DNA from: a virus
Taxonomy: Duplodnaviria > Caudoviricetes
Virus record (IMG/VR): IMGVR_UViG_3300005663_000064
Location: 1 to 50,244 of that record
Reading direction: 5' to 3' (one strand)
Length of the DNA: 50,244 nucleotides
Shown: positions 27,832-36,952 of the stretch, piece by piece
How the letters are laid out: each line of letters starts with the position of its first letter
How positions within the stretch are numbered: position 1 is the stretch's first letter
Program-made: the position numbers and the translations under genes
The notes under the pieces: model-generated
The model's input: only the letters and a program-made list of their open reading frames with translations
Told to the model about the DNA's origin: nothing
Databases searched by the model: none

Positions 27832-28525
27832 CTGCTTTCTCCTTCTTGTTAAGTAACTCATTCATGTGAACTGTATAAGATAATATAGTTGCCTTAGTAG
27901 AGTCTTGATCCCTAAGAGCATCGTTAACAGCTTTAGTCTGGGTCATGCTTAATAGTTTTAGTTTGCAAACTTTACCAAAGGCAGCGTTACAAGCTCTAAT
28001 CTCTTCCGTAGTCGGTGTCTCATCCATGATCTTCTGATACACATCGTCACAAATGTTGGTAGCTCGCTGGATGCCGTCTTTTTTCGCTTGCGTTCGGCTC
28101 GCTTTAAACTGTTTATCTAAATCCACTATGTTTATAGGAGTATGAGGCTGATCCTTCTTGTATTGAATCCGGGATGCTCCGACACCAGCCTCTTTCCTTG
28201 TAAGCCCATTATCTATAAAGGTGAATAAGCCAGCGAACATAATCCACTCAGGAGAGCGCACCATGTGAACTTCGTCTTTACCGTTGACCTTAAGCACTTG
28301 AGGAGTTTCCGTATAGACTACGTGAATCCATTTATCCTCGAATGAAGATGGCCCATACTCTTCTAAGGCTCGTTGGAAGATGTAGCTATCCTTAACATAG
28401 TCATAACCGTCAGTACGTTGCTCGATCTTTCCTTTGGGAGTTTTCTTGTTAGAGATTCTCTTGTGTTTATCAATTATGATAGCCTTAAAGCTCTCCCATT
28501 CGTCAGATTTCATTATCTCGTTCAT
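27812..28525 (-). CDS. Rad52/Sak-like single-strand annealing protein
   Basis: TPKGKIEQR..YDYV, K.GVG and FKASRTQAKK..I..DVY. Confidence 0.65.
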   Translation of the reverse strand: MNEIMKSDEWESFKAIIIDKHKRISNKKTPKGKIEQRTDGYDYVKDSYIFQRALEEYGPSSFEDKWIHVVYTETPQVLKVNGKDEVHMVRSPEWIMFAGLFTFIDNGLTRKEAGVGASRIQYKKDQPHTPINIVDLDKQFKASRTQAKKDGIQRATNICDDVYQKIMDETPTTEEIRACNAAFGKVCKLKLLSMTQTKAVNDALRDQDSTKATILSYTVHMNELLNKKEKADDKEKE

Positions 28526-28655
28526 TTCTTCTCCATAATTAATTATAAGTTTCTTTTGCTTCGACTGCTTTCCAATGCCGATTCCAAAACCCTCCAATTA
28601 ATCTCTGCCTAATAACGAAGGAGAGGAGAAGAAAGCTTCGCGTTCAGCAGAGTTG

Positions 28656-29321
28656 TTAACGACTATTAGGATCACAGATCCCTGCTAAATTCCAGGCACA
28701 ATAGTTGGATGAGCACTCCCAGCTCTCCCTTATCGCCTCCGGCATCACGCCTTCCTTAAAGGCATCTTTTAAGGTAACCTTCTTGTCCAGAGCATCGAGC
28801 CAATTATCCTCTATTTCCTCTTTGGTGAAGTCGAACCGCCACATCTTAAAGATCGGTTTCTCGCACGTCCAGACTGGACTCCAATTTCCCATAAGGTGAA
28901 TAACGGCAAGACGGTAGGTGAAAACGTTATAAGCCTTGCAGTAAGCTTGCATCTGTCTTATCCACGCTGTTTGCTCCTTTATGTCTTTGTTGCTGGACAA
29001 CATAGTAGATTTTATCTCAAGTAGATCGTCCTCATCTTTCGGATTAACGAAGTCGGGAGTGAGGAGGATGCCATCGACTTCAACCTCCTTCTGTTCGTAG
29101 TCACCGGTAATCCATTTCTCCAAGGCTAAGCCGATGGAGAACTTTAAGATGGTCTGCTCAGACAGGTTGCCTCCTATATCAGGATACTTCTTGCGGAAGT
29201 AGGCTTTGCGTAGGCAGTAGTTTAGATCGCTGAAATGGAGGCCGGTTCTATCTCCGAAGTCTCTCGTCTTAATCTGATCGAGTATCTTAGCCTTAAATAG
29301 TTCGTCAGATATTACCTTCAC
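28656..29321 (-). CDS. Cas4-like PD-(D/E)xK exonuclease
   Basis: HFSDLNYCLRK, TPD..EIKS, QMQAY and C-terminal C..C..C (Fe-S ligands). Confidence 0.8.
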   Translation of the reverse strand: MKVISDELFKAKILDQIKTRDFGDRTGLHFSDLNYCLRKAYFRKKYPDIGGNLSEQTILKFSIGLALEKWITGDYEQKEVEVDGILLTPDFVNPKDEDDLLEIKSTMLSSNKDIKEQTAWIRQMQAYCKAYNVFTYRLAVIHLMGNWSPVWTCEKPIFKMWRFDFTKEEIEDNWLDALDKKVTLKDAFKEGVMPEAIRESWECSSNYCAWNLAGICDPNSR

Positions 29322-30013
29322 TTAACCTCCTCGTTCAATAGGTCAAACAACTCCCTCAAGCAATTTCTATCGTTCTCCATCTCCTTTAACTCATCTGGCA
29401 ATAAACCCAAATCCACAGCATCTAACTGATCCTTGAAGTCATCATAATCACTAAACCCTCTCTCCACCACGGAATTGAACACCTTGATGCACTCCATGAT
29501 ATAGGATGCGCCAGAGAATAAACCCCGTTCCTTATACTTAAACATGCGGATCAAGGAAGATAAAGGATAGTCGGAGCCAGTGTAGTAGGTAGATTGAAAC
29601 GTCATTGCTTGGATGAAGTCATCAGTAAAGTATATATCTGGATCGGCGAAGTTCTCAGCAGAGCACCACGCTCCTATCTGGCAGTGAGCATAGTCGAAGG
29701 ATTTAACAAGTTTCTTGAGTGATTCCTTAACGTAGCTACAGAACTGCACGGTATTTCCCTCAACGCGAAAGGTCACAGCGTTCTTAGTCTTAGATAGAAC
29801 CTGAATATTATCATCACTGGTTACGAGCTTTTCAGCCTTAACATAATCAGCTTTAGTATCAAAGAATATATCGATGTCCCGACTATCCTTAATGAGGAAA
29901 CCACCAGCTATCATGAATCCTTTGATCGAAAGATCGGACATGATCTTAGTCAGGGCAACGGGGAATCTTGTTATCAGCCTTTGCCTGAATTTCTCTCTTA
30001 ATTGTTCTTTCAT
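29318..30013 (-). CDS. Nucleotidyltransferase (PAP/CCA head-domain-like)
   Basis: IAGGFL..SRDIDIFF, SFDYAHCQ and SSLIRMFKY..RG. Confidence 0.75.
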   Translation of the reverse strand: MKEQLREKFRQRLITRFPVALTKIMSDLSIKGFMIAGGFLIKDSRDIDIFFDTKADYVKAEKLVTSDDNIQVLSKTKNAVTFRVEGNTVQFCSYVKESLKKLVKSFDYAHCQIGAWCSAENFADPDIYFTDDFIQAMTFQSTYYTGSDYPLSSLIRMFKYKERGLFSGASYIMECIKVFNSVVERGFSDYDDFKDQLDAVDLGLLPDELKEMENDRNCLRELFDLLNEEVK

Positions 30014-30207
30014 AACTTTCTCCTCTTAGTCACGTTATAGTTTCTGCGCGTCTTACCCACATCGCCTCTTGTATCCTTCAGCGGGCAAACTTGAAGTTGG
30101 TCAATCTCGTTCAGACCGGTAACGCGTCCACCACAAAACTTTACTCCTTCCGAGATTCCAGCGAAGGCGCATATCTCGTTATTTTTATGCTTACACCTTA
30201 GATACAT
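30010..30207 (-). CDS. Small Cys-rich hypothetical protein
   Basis: ATGA overlap with the next gene. Confidence 0.5.
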   Translation of the reverse strand: MYLRCKHKNNEICAFAGISEGVKFCGGRVTGLNEIDQLQVCPLKDTRGDVGKTRRNYNVTKRRKL

Positions 30208-30245
30208 TAGTCAGCTTACGTCCTACGCTAAGATTAATGCACACA

Positions 30246-30623
30246 TTATTCATCCTCCTCGCCTTCCTCGGGTGTAAATGTGTTAAAACATTTCTGAAAG
30301 TTTTTTAAACTAAACGACACACTAACCGCCACCGTCTCTCCGCCGATATCCCATCCTGAACCATACTCATCCATGAAAGCCTTAACCGCTGGTATCTTGT
30401 TTACTCCTTCCTTAAGAGCGGTGATCATAGCCAATTTAGCGGTGTAAAACTTTTCCTGTTCCTTGCTTACAAAGCGAGTCCGCCCACCTGGGATGCGGAG
30501 TTCAGCGATAAATCCATCTGTTACCGCAGCATCAAACGCTTCTTGCGTTAGAACGCCATCTTCGATTAGTTGCAGTCCGGCTACGCGGGAAAGTTTCTTC
30601 TTGTCTTTTTTCCTGTTTTTCAT
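30246..30623 (-). CDS. Hypothetical protein
   Basis: RBS AGGAG; coupled to the upstream ORF. Confidence 0.6.
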   Translation of the reverse strand: MKNRKKDKKKLSRVAGLQLIEDGVLTQEAFDAAVTDGFIAELRIPGGRTRFVSKEQEKFYTAKLAMITALKEGVNKIPAVKAFMDEYGSGWDIGGETVAVSVSFSLKNFQKCFNTFTPEEGEEDE

Positions 30624-31036
30624 TTCTTCTCCTTCTGCTTGGTGATTGATTCGATTATATCGATTACATCCTTCTTCAGCTCGTCCTTGAAAGCCTTACC
30701 ACTCTTAAGAGCTTCCCCGGCGGTATCGTAAGTTACTTTGTCAGCTACGTACATAGCGATGATGGTGTTCTTATTAGGACAGACAACGGCTAAGATTATA
30801 AACAAAAGAAACAAATAAATAGATGCTTTACCTTTTCCACTCCAATTCTTTAAGAAGTTATCAAAGTCATTGTTACCACCACAGTCTTCAGCCTTGAGTA
30901 ATCCATATATAACATATATAATTATATAAACTAAATACCCAGTACCTGAAAGCACAGCACCCGTAGTAAGCAACACACCAAAGTTGTTCACCACGCTTAA
31001 TAAATAAATAAACCAAGGGTTAACAATATGTTCCAC
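30620..31036 (-). CDS. Two-TM membrane protein
   Basis: INPW.IYL..V..N and CP.K.T..AM pattern common in phage early ORFs. Confidence 0.65.
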   Translation of the reverse strand: MEHIVNPWFIYLLSVVNNFGVLLTTGAVLSGTGYLVYIIIYVIYGLLKAEDCGGNNDFDNFLKNWSGKGKASIYLFLLFIILAVVCPNKNTIIAMYVADKVTYDTAGEALKSGKAFKDELKKDVIDIIESITKQKEKK

Positions 31037-31040
31037 GATA

Positions 31041-31304
31041 CTACTCCTTCTTTAAGTTATCAATATAGTTATTATGAAGTTTGACGATATGGCGAGCAGC
31101 CCTCTTGCCCGACTCAGTATAAACCGTAATATGTTCTACACCAGATTCACAGACACAAGTTTTGTCATCTACTTTACAAGCACATTTATAGTCTTTACCT
31201 ATTATATATTTATAGCCGTTAGACCCATGAGGCTTTATTAGCTTCCACTTCTTGTTAATCATAATTATCTCCTTCTTATTATTAGTTCGTTTCATCTCCT
31301 TCAT
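31041..31304 (-). CDS. Hypothetical protein (true start probably ~31262)
   Basis: ORF track; AGGAG precedes the internal ATG. Confidence 0.5.
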   Translation of the reverse strand: MKEMKRTNNKKEIIMINKKWKLIKPHGSNGYKYIIGKDYKCACKVDDKTCVCESGVEHITVYTESGKRAARHIVKLHNNYIDNLKKE

Positions 31305-31470
31305 CGTGATATCGTGACCCTTCCATTATATCATCAATAGCCAAGTGCAGATAGCCAATCATAGACACCAGCTTGATATCCTTCGGGAACGTGTGAATGT
31401 CGATCTTGAAGTCTTTGTTCACAGACTCCTTCACGGTGATGCTGATTTTAGTTATCTTAGGTTCAGGCAT
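31282..31470 (-). CDS. Hypothetical protein
   Basis: Packed within the early operon. Confidence 0.5.
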   Translation of the reverse strand: MPEPKITKISITVKESVNKDFKIDIHTFPKDIKLVSMIGYLHLAIDDIMEGSRYHDEGDETN

Positions 31471-31663
31471 TATGCCTATGATTCCAAGTATCTAACGCCT
31501 TCTGTTCATCACTTTGCCATTTAGTGTAGATGCTACATTTCTTACATCCAACTTGAGCAACCTTATGCGAAGGAGCATTATTGAATAATGTTGCCTCACT
31601 CCCACAGAACGGACACGGCTCACATCGCCTAAACGACTGTGTTGTGTCTGTTTTTAATCCCAA
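31463..31663 (-). CDS. Lar-like (restriction alleviation family) Zn finger
   Basis: PCPFCGSEA..C..C..A..WN.R. Confidence 0.7.
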   Translation of the reverse strand: MGLKTDTTQSFRRCEPCPFCGSEATLFNNAPSHKVAQVGCKKCSIYTKWQSDEQKALDTWNHRHNA

Positions 31664-31827
31664 ATCTCTTACCCTCTCACATTAATCAATCACCACTTCA
31701 AGTGCAATAGCTTTCTAAGGAAAAGCCAGAAGCGGGCAAAACGGCTCAACCTCATCTTTCTTGACTTGAACCGCCTTCTTCTTAGGCAAACGGTGTAACT
31801 TCATCATGTTTGGGGTGTGGAATCGAC

Positions 31828-32172
31828 TCATGTAACCTCCTCAAGAATGGTGATGCGTCTGGCGACTATAACTTCACCTTCTGCTTGTAGGCCAATAGCT
31901 GTTACCTTAGAATATCTAACCTTAATCACTATACCAGGTGAATCAAATTGATAACATTTTGCAGCTTTCTTAGACTTAAATATATGATATCCTGTCCTAT
32001 ATTGATGTCGAGAAAGAGAGTAATCTTGAGGATCATCATAAGTTTGCCCTACAATCAACGATCTTGAATAATGAAAAATCATAGGACGAAACTTACTATC
32101 CACAGATTTATATCCTACACCCCACTTAGGTAAATCAGTTATCTTCGTGATTACACTCAGACACATACTCAC
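31828..32172 (-). CDS. Hypothetical protein
   Basis: MCL..GYK..Y.TGYHIF..VA..ITI, a common phage early-protein pattern. Confidence 0.6.
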   Translation of the reverse strand: MSMCLSVITKITDLPKWGVGYKSVDSKFRPMIFHYSRSLIVGQTYDDPQDYSLSRHQYRTGYHIFKSKKAAKCYQFDSPGIVIKVRYSKVTAIGLQAEGEVIVARRITILEEVT

Positions 32173-32546
32173 TCCTCTTTATCAATACTTCGTTCAATCT
32201 CGTCAGCCCATTTATAACCCTTACAGGCTTTGCACTCTTTCAACTCGCTATACACCCCAACATACTCATATTCACCAGCTACCCCACAATTTGGACAGGT
32301 ATCCCTTATCGCCTTCACGCTTTTGATTCTGACCTGATCCGCCGGCTCTTTATTCCAAGCGAAGAGCGCGATGCGATCTTTGTCATCTGGCTCAATCACA
32401 TATTTAACCTGCTTCTTATCAAGGTCATCGCATAACCCCTGAACGAACTCTCCGAAGGTTAACTTGGACACTTTGCCAGTCACAAGGTCTTTCACCTGAT
32501 GATTCGGTCTATCCCATGTAGTGAGTCTAACTTTCTTAGCTTTCAT
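32169..32546 (-). CDS. Zn-ribbon hypothetical protein
   Basis: CPNC..CKAC; RBS AGGAG. Confidence 0.6.
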   Translation of the reverse strand: MKAKKVRLTTWDRPNHQVKDLVTGKVSKLTFGEFVQGLCDDLDKKQVKYVIEPDDKDRIALFAWNKEPADQVRIKSVKAIRDTCPNCGVAGEYEYVGVYSELKECKACKGYKWADEIERSIDKEE

Positions 32547-32853
32547 TCTTCTCCTTACACCATGTATATAGTTCTGCTAACGAGTTGAATTCTATTACCG
32601 CCTCTTGTTGCGAGTCTGTGATGGATACCTGACCATAAACGTTGATTACCAATTCGTGCATGTCGCTATACTCCTCACTTACAACCTCAAGGACAGACTC
32701 AATCTTCGAGTCAGACCAATACTTGACCGTTCTACCCATCACGTCAAGCTGACACTCCATAGGCTGGAGCCTAAACTTATAACAGAAGGCATAGCCCAAC
32801 ACTATACCGGTAAGTAACTGAGAAATAGCAAGCAATATCCAAAAGGCTATCAT
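32536..32853 (-). CDS. Hypothetical protein with N-terminal TM
   Basis: RBS GAGGAG; hydrophobic N-terminus. Confidence 0.55.
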   Translation of the reverse strand: MIAFWILLAISQLLTGIVLGYAFCYKFRLQPMECQLDVMGRTVKYWSDSKIESVLEVVSEEYSDMHELVINVYGQVSITDSQQEAVIEFNSLAELYTWCKEKNES

Positions 32854-33030
32854 CGTTTTTTCTCCTCAATCTTTATAAGGATATTTACAGTCGGTCATGG
32901 CATCCTTCAACTTTCTTATTCTTTTATTCTTATAGTAGATTCTACCAACGACATAACCGGCAATACCACTAAGGGAGAACAAAAGAAAATATTTGATATA
33001 GTCCATAATCAACTCCTCGTTACGTTAATA

Positions 33031-33132
33031 AAGCGCAGTCAGGCAGTAGGGTTTTCACTGCAACAATACCTGACTATCGGCATACCGGGTCGCCACATCT
33101 ATCGTCAGACTCCCACACCACTGACTGCACTT
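33031..33132 (-). ncRNA. Candidate structured RNA
   Basis: Closing 12-bp stem AAGUGCAGUCAG/CUGACUGCGCUU; non-coding; begins just downstream of a sigma-54 promoter. Confidence 0.5.
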
Positions 33133-33153
33133 CTATAGTTGTATCTATGGTAT

Positions 33154-33169
33154 AGCAATCTCTGTGCCA
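33154..33169 (-). promoter_or_regulatory. Sigma-54 (-24/-12) promoter
   Basis: TGGCACA-GAGA-TTGCT, intergenic. Confidence 0.75.
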
Positions 33170-33266
33170 CAGCGGATTCACGCACACTAGAGTCAAGAGC
33201 GGCGGTTCAAGAAGGGTGCGATGGTGGTCGGTTATCGTCCACTGAAGCTTTATCAGGCAGTTTCAT

Positions 33267-33590
33267 TTACTCCTCCATGATTTGTTCGGTGGTGACACGT
33301 TTGATTAAACGAAACAAATCAGGGTTTCGTGGCAAAAAATGTTTTCGTTCTTTTTTTATATATGTGCGTGCTCCTTTTTTAGTTTTTTGGTAATCATGTA
33401 AATCACCCCAATTACCAAGTTTATATTGCACCACATACTCAACCTTCCCCTCCATTTCAAACAGTTTTTCTATCTCAGTGGCAATGGTTTCGTATTTTTG
33501 ATTCCAAATATCTAAATATGTGAGAGCGTTAACCTCGTAAATAGATTCATTAAGCCTTAACACTTTAATTATTTTATCTCTCCATCTCAC
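33267..33590 (-). CDS. Hypothetical protein
   Basis: RBS AGGAGG. Confidence 0.6.
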   Translation of the reverse strand: MRWRDKIIKVLRLNESIYEVNALTYLDIWNQKYETIATEIEKLFEMEGKVEYVVQYKLGNWGDLHDYQKTKKGARTYIKKERKHFLPRNPDLFRLIKRVTTEQIMEE

Positions 33591-33662
33591 ATCTCCTCCT
33601 TTGGCTGGGGGTTAAAATCCACCTTGCCATTTTTAAATGTTACCTCAATTCCCTTTTGCATA

Positions 33663-34091
33663 TTAACTCCTATTTATTATTGTCATCACTGTTGAAATAT
33701 ATTGTCCCTGTTTTAACACAATATGTTGACAGCCTTTAATCTCTCCTATTTCCATTAACCAGCTCTCCCAGCTTTCTGAGAGTAATGAGATAAAATCCTT
33801 TGAACTACCACGCTTTTCATATCTATCGATATACTCATCTTTTAACTTCAAGTCAGGATAAACTAAAATTACTATTATCCCTATCTTAATTACAGAAACC
33901 ACTACAGTTGGGTTTGTGCTGATGAAGATAATATCAGCATTACCGAGAGCTTGTTGTATGTCGGTAATACAGTTTTTTGGAAATTTATCTTGGTTATATC
34001 TCCAGCACTCAAACTCAACGAACCTATCGCTGGCATTACAAAGATGTGTTTTCCCTGTCCCACAAAATGCTGACACAACTATTGCGCTCAT
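33663..34091 (-). CDS. P-loop NMP-kinase-like protein
   Basis: VSAFCGTGKT and LVYP..K.EY..R...RG. Confidence 0.75.
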   Translation of the reverse strand: MSAIVVSAFCGTGKTHLCNASDRFVEFECWRYNQDKFPKNCITDIQQALGNADIIFISTNPTVVVSVIKIGIIVILVYPDLKLKDEYIDRYEKRGSSKDFISLLSESWESWLMEIGEIKGCQHIVLKQGQYISTVMTIINRS

Positions 34092-34177
34092 CTCATCCTC
34101 CTCTTAGTTAATGAGTTTACTTAGTTTATTCCGGCTATCGCCGGTTGTTGTCTTATCAGTGCAACCGACAGGAGAAG

Positions 34178-34477
34178 TTAATTGCCTAAATTCTTTCTCA
34201 ACCTCCTGGCAGCACCCCAAAGTGTTGATCTATTCTCTTTGTCTTTCACTATTAGATGAACTTTCTCATGACAATCGCCACATAACGGTAATAGATCGTG
34301 TAGATTTTCACGTTTTAGACGATTATACGACTTGTGATGTATCTGTAACGGAACATCGGGATTCTCACAGCAGTAACAGTGTCCTTTATACAATTTGCTT
34401 CTATAATATCGCTTTTTAACAGCTTTCCATTCGTCAGATCGCAGGTAAGCTCGATAGTCCTTGTAGTCGATTCTCAT
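34178..34477 (-). CDS. Small HNH endonuclease
   Basis: YLRSDEW..CYCC..IHHKSY..L..E..DLLPLC..CH. Confidence 0.85.
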   Translation of the reverse strand: MRIDYKDYRAYLRSDEWKAVKKRYYRSKLYKGHCYCCENPDVPLQIHHKSYNRLKRENLHDLLPLCGDCHEKVHLIVKDKENRSTLWGAARRLRKNLGN

Positions 34478-34489
34478 TTGTCTCTCCTT

Positions 34490-34884
34490 GAACAGCTTGT
34501 CTTGATCTTACTCGACTGACCCAGGCGCAACACTCCGTATGTAGAAGGCGTTCCAGCGATAATCTCAAGTGGCGTTGGCTGAGCGGTTGCTCCCGCCTCG
34601 ATCATCACTGTCCGCAAGTCTTCGCCGCCAGTCTCTTAAGTGTTTTAGCCAATGGTGGTCGTGGTGTGGACATAGTTATATATCAAAAAGGTGTTTCAAT
34701 TGGGTAGGCCCGCTGCTTGTTTCAGACAGCTCATAGAGGCGAATCCCCCTAAGAAATTGTCAACGCAATGCGTTAGGTTTATGTGTGCAATCTTATTAAT
34801 CGCTGACGGCTGTCTCTCCGCTTCAACATCTTAACCTTGCTATTTTAGAGTGCTGCTTCATTATCTCAAGGAATAGCAACAAGT
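34490..34884 (-). ncRNA. Candidate ~390-nt structured RNA between two HNH genes
   Basis: No ORF of 60 aa or more; several hairpins visible by eye. Confidence 0.4.
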
Positions 34885-35322
34885 TTAAAGACCTTTTTTC
34901 TTTCTAAGCTTACTATTAATCTCATCCATTTTACTGAGATTGAATGGTTTATTTAAGTGGTTATTTTTATTTATACTTCTATTGGTTGGTGTGTTTAATT
35001 TATCTTGAAGTCTTGTCAATTCTTTCTTCTTTGGAGCGTAGGGGGTTAACTCTTCTGGTTTGCTGTGATTGTGATATATATTATGGCATCCTCCGCAGAG
35101 GACAATTAAATCTTCTGATATAATTTCTTCATAAAGACGGTCGTAATTTCTGTGGTGAACTTCGAGCCCCCACCTTATTCCGCATAATACACAGGATCTA
35201 TACATCCGCAAAGTCAATTTTCTCACGTTCTTCCAGTGGGGAGTTCTTAGATAGTGGCGATAAGACTCTCTGTGCTGCCTCTTCTTACTTCTTCTCTTTG
35301 ATCTGTATGGATGATTCGCCAT
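34885..35322 (-). CDS. Small HNH endonuclease
   Basis: YLRTPHW..CVLC..VHHRNY..L.EE..DLIVLC..CH. Confidence 0.85.
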   Translation of the reverse strand: MANHPYRSKRRSKKRQHRESYRHYLRTPHWKNVRKLTLRMYRSCVLCGIRWGLEVHHRNYDRLYEEIISEDLIVLCGGCHNIYHNHSKPEELTPYAPKKKELTRLQDKLNTPTNRSINKNNHLNKPFNLSKMDEINSKLRKKKGL

Positions 35323-35616
35323 ATAATTCTCTTATTTCACAGCCTCAGCTTCCAGCTTCGCCATTTCACGGTCGCTATACTCTCCATTGCAATCGTCACA
35401 GATCAGCCCACACTTATCCTGCGGATCTTCGTGGCAACCGTGGTAGTCTGAGTCAATTTGTTCATCGCACATGTTACATCGGAATATGCTCATGCTTGGC
35501 CTTCCATTCTTCTTCAGTTTTAGGTTCTGGTTTTTTATAACAAGGACAGGTGCTTACCCATATAGCATTAACCCGACTGCACTTGGGACACTCCCAACCT
35601 TTTGATGTTTGCTTAT

Positions 35617-36117
35617 TCATGCCTTCTCCTCAGCCTCAGCTTCGAGTAGTTCAGGGTTCTCATGGATATTGCCGATGATTTCAATCCACTCAATATACAT
35701 TTCGGCAACATAAGTAGCCCAATTAGAAATTTCGTAATGGAAGCAAAACGATCCTTGTTTGAAAACTATTTCAGCGATTCTTGTATAGTCCTCTCTTGTG
35801 GTTGGTTTCCCGCATTTTGGGCAGTATTTTGATGTTCCAAGCTCAAGGCTCTCATGACACTTTTCCCCCTTGCAGAATGTTTTTTTCTGTGCAAAATTCA
35901 CCACGTCCCCCTCGTAAATCTCCTTCCTGTTCTTATCCTTTAAGCCGGTAAATTCCCCCACTGTTTCGGGATTGACACAATAACTACTTTTATCGGTTTT
36001 TATCCAGTAACTATTATCACGATCAATAACAAGAGAGCCATAAACCCACTTATTCTCTTCTGGGTATAGTGCATTTTTAGCTTTAACAAATCTACCTCTG
36101 AATTTTATAGTTCGCAT
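35617..36117 (-). CDS. YopX family protein with Zn-ribbon insert
   Basis: MRTIKFRG, W.YGSL, ETVGEFTGLKDKN..IYEGD and IIGNIHENPELL; CPKC insert. Confidence 0.9.
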   Translation of the reverse strand: MRTIKFRGRFVKAKNALYPEENKWVYGSLVIDRDNSYWIKTDKSSYCVNPETVGEFTGLKDKNRKEIYEGDVVNFAQKKTFCKGEKCHESLELGTSKYCPKCGKPTTREDYTRIAEIVFKQGSFCFHYEISNWATYVAEMYIEWIEIIGNIHENPELLEAEAEEKA

Positions 36118-36132
36118 ACCTACTCCACAAAT

Positions 36133-36258
36133 AAAAAAAGCTACAGAACCAAACGAAACTGTAGCCTTTTATAATTATTAACTATGTCTGTTTGGTTTTT
36201 CGTTTTCATCACCGTTTGGTGACATCTTCAATCTATCACTTAATTCTGATAATGTCAA
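36133..36258 (-). promoter_or_regulatory. Sigma-70 promoter plus leader/terminator upstream of the YopX gene
   Basis: TTGACA-17-TAGATT (36258-36230); GCTACAG/CTGTAGC stem plus U tract. Confidence 0.75.
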
Positions 36259-36272
36259 TACTAAATTCATCA

Positions 36273-36461
36273 TTATGGAATTGACACTAACGCATGAGGC
36301 GGAACCAGCTCAAATTCACCACGTTGGGTTTGGACTATAGCACATGGTTGACCGAACTCGCTAGCAGATACAAAACCAACGATGTAGCCGAACTCCCAAG
36401 CATGGACTGTTGTAGGTTGGGGAACGGAGTTGTTCATTTTCATTTTTACTTTGATCTTCAT
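36273..36461 (-). CDS. Hypothetical protein
   Basis: RBS GAGGAGG. Confidence 0.55.
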   Translation of the reverse strand: MKIKVKMKMNNSVPQPTTVHAWEFGYIVGFVSASEFGQPCAIVQTQRGEFELVPPHALVSIP

Positions 36462-36721
36462 ATCTCCTCCTCATCATCTTTGCCAACACAATAAGAGCAT
36501 GGCGGATTAATATGACACGAACAACCATCGTATGTCCCGCCATCATAATCGGAGATGGCATCGTCTAATCGCTTGCTTTGTCCTGGTGCAAAGTGACGGT
36601 CGTAGCTCTTCCTCTTCTCATCCATATTTTTCCATATCTTTTCTCTGAGCTTACGAGTGCACTCTCCGCAGTAGCCATAGTCAGATGCGTCAGGGGTGCA
36701 ACCACACGATAGTTTAGCCAT
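36458..36721 (-). CDS. Cys-rich hypothetical protein
   Basis: GCSCHINPPCSYCV motif; start moved to ATG 36721 behind AGGAG. Confidence 0.6.
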   Translation of the reverse strand: MAKLSCGCTPDASDYGYCGECTRKLREKIWKNMDEKRKSYDRHFAPGQSKRLDDAISDYDGGTYDGCSCHINPPCSYCVGKDDEEEI

Positions 36722-36932
36722 TAGCCTTCTCCTTTTTATCCACCGTTCGCTGAACCTGTTGCATAGCCCAATCGAGTCTATCTTCAGGCATATTGTCAAC
36801 CACTTTATCAATGTGTAAATCTAAATTGTTATGCGAATACATTCGTTTGAATAGTAGCTTTTCCGCTGTTGTGCATTGCGATAGACCCTTCTTCAAGCTA
36901 TCTCGCGCAAACTTCTGTAATTGGTTATTCAT
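36714..36932 (-). CDS. Hypothetical protein
   Basis: FKRMYSH..LDWAM.QV; RBS GAGGAG. Confidence 0.65.
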   Translation of the reverse strand: MNNQLQKFARDSLKKGLSQCTTAEKLLFKRMYSHNNLDLHIDKVVDNMPEDRLDWAMQQVQRTVDKKEKANG

Positions 36933-36952
36933 CTCTCCTCCTCATATAAAAT

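Noticed and set aside
28656-29321. Cas4-like gene as evidence of a CRISPR system
   Set aside because: No repeat-spacer array or other cas genes; stand-alone Cas4-like nucleases beside annealases are ordinary phage recombination genes
34828-34852. AAATAGCAAGGTTAA on the - strand resembles the Cas9 tracrRNA core
   Set aside because: Short AT-rich match with no nexus, Cas9 gene or CRISPR repeats; treated as chance
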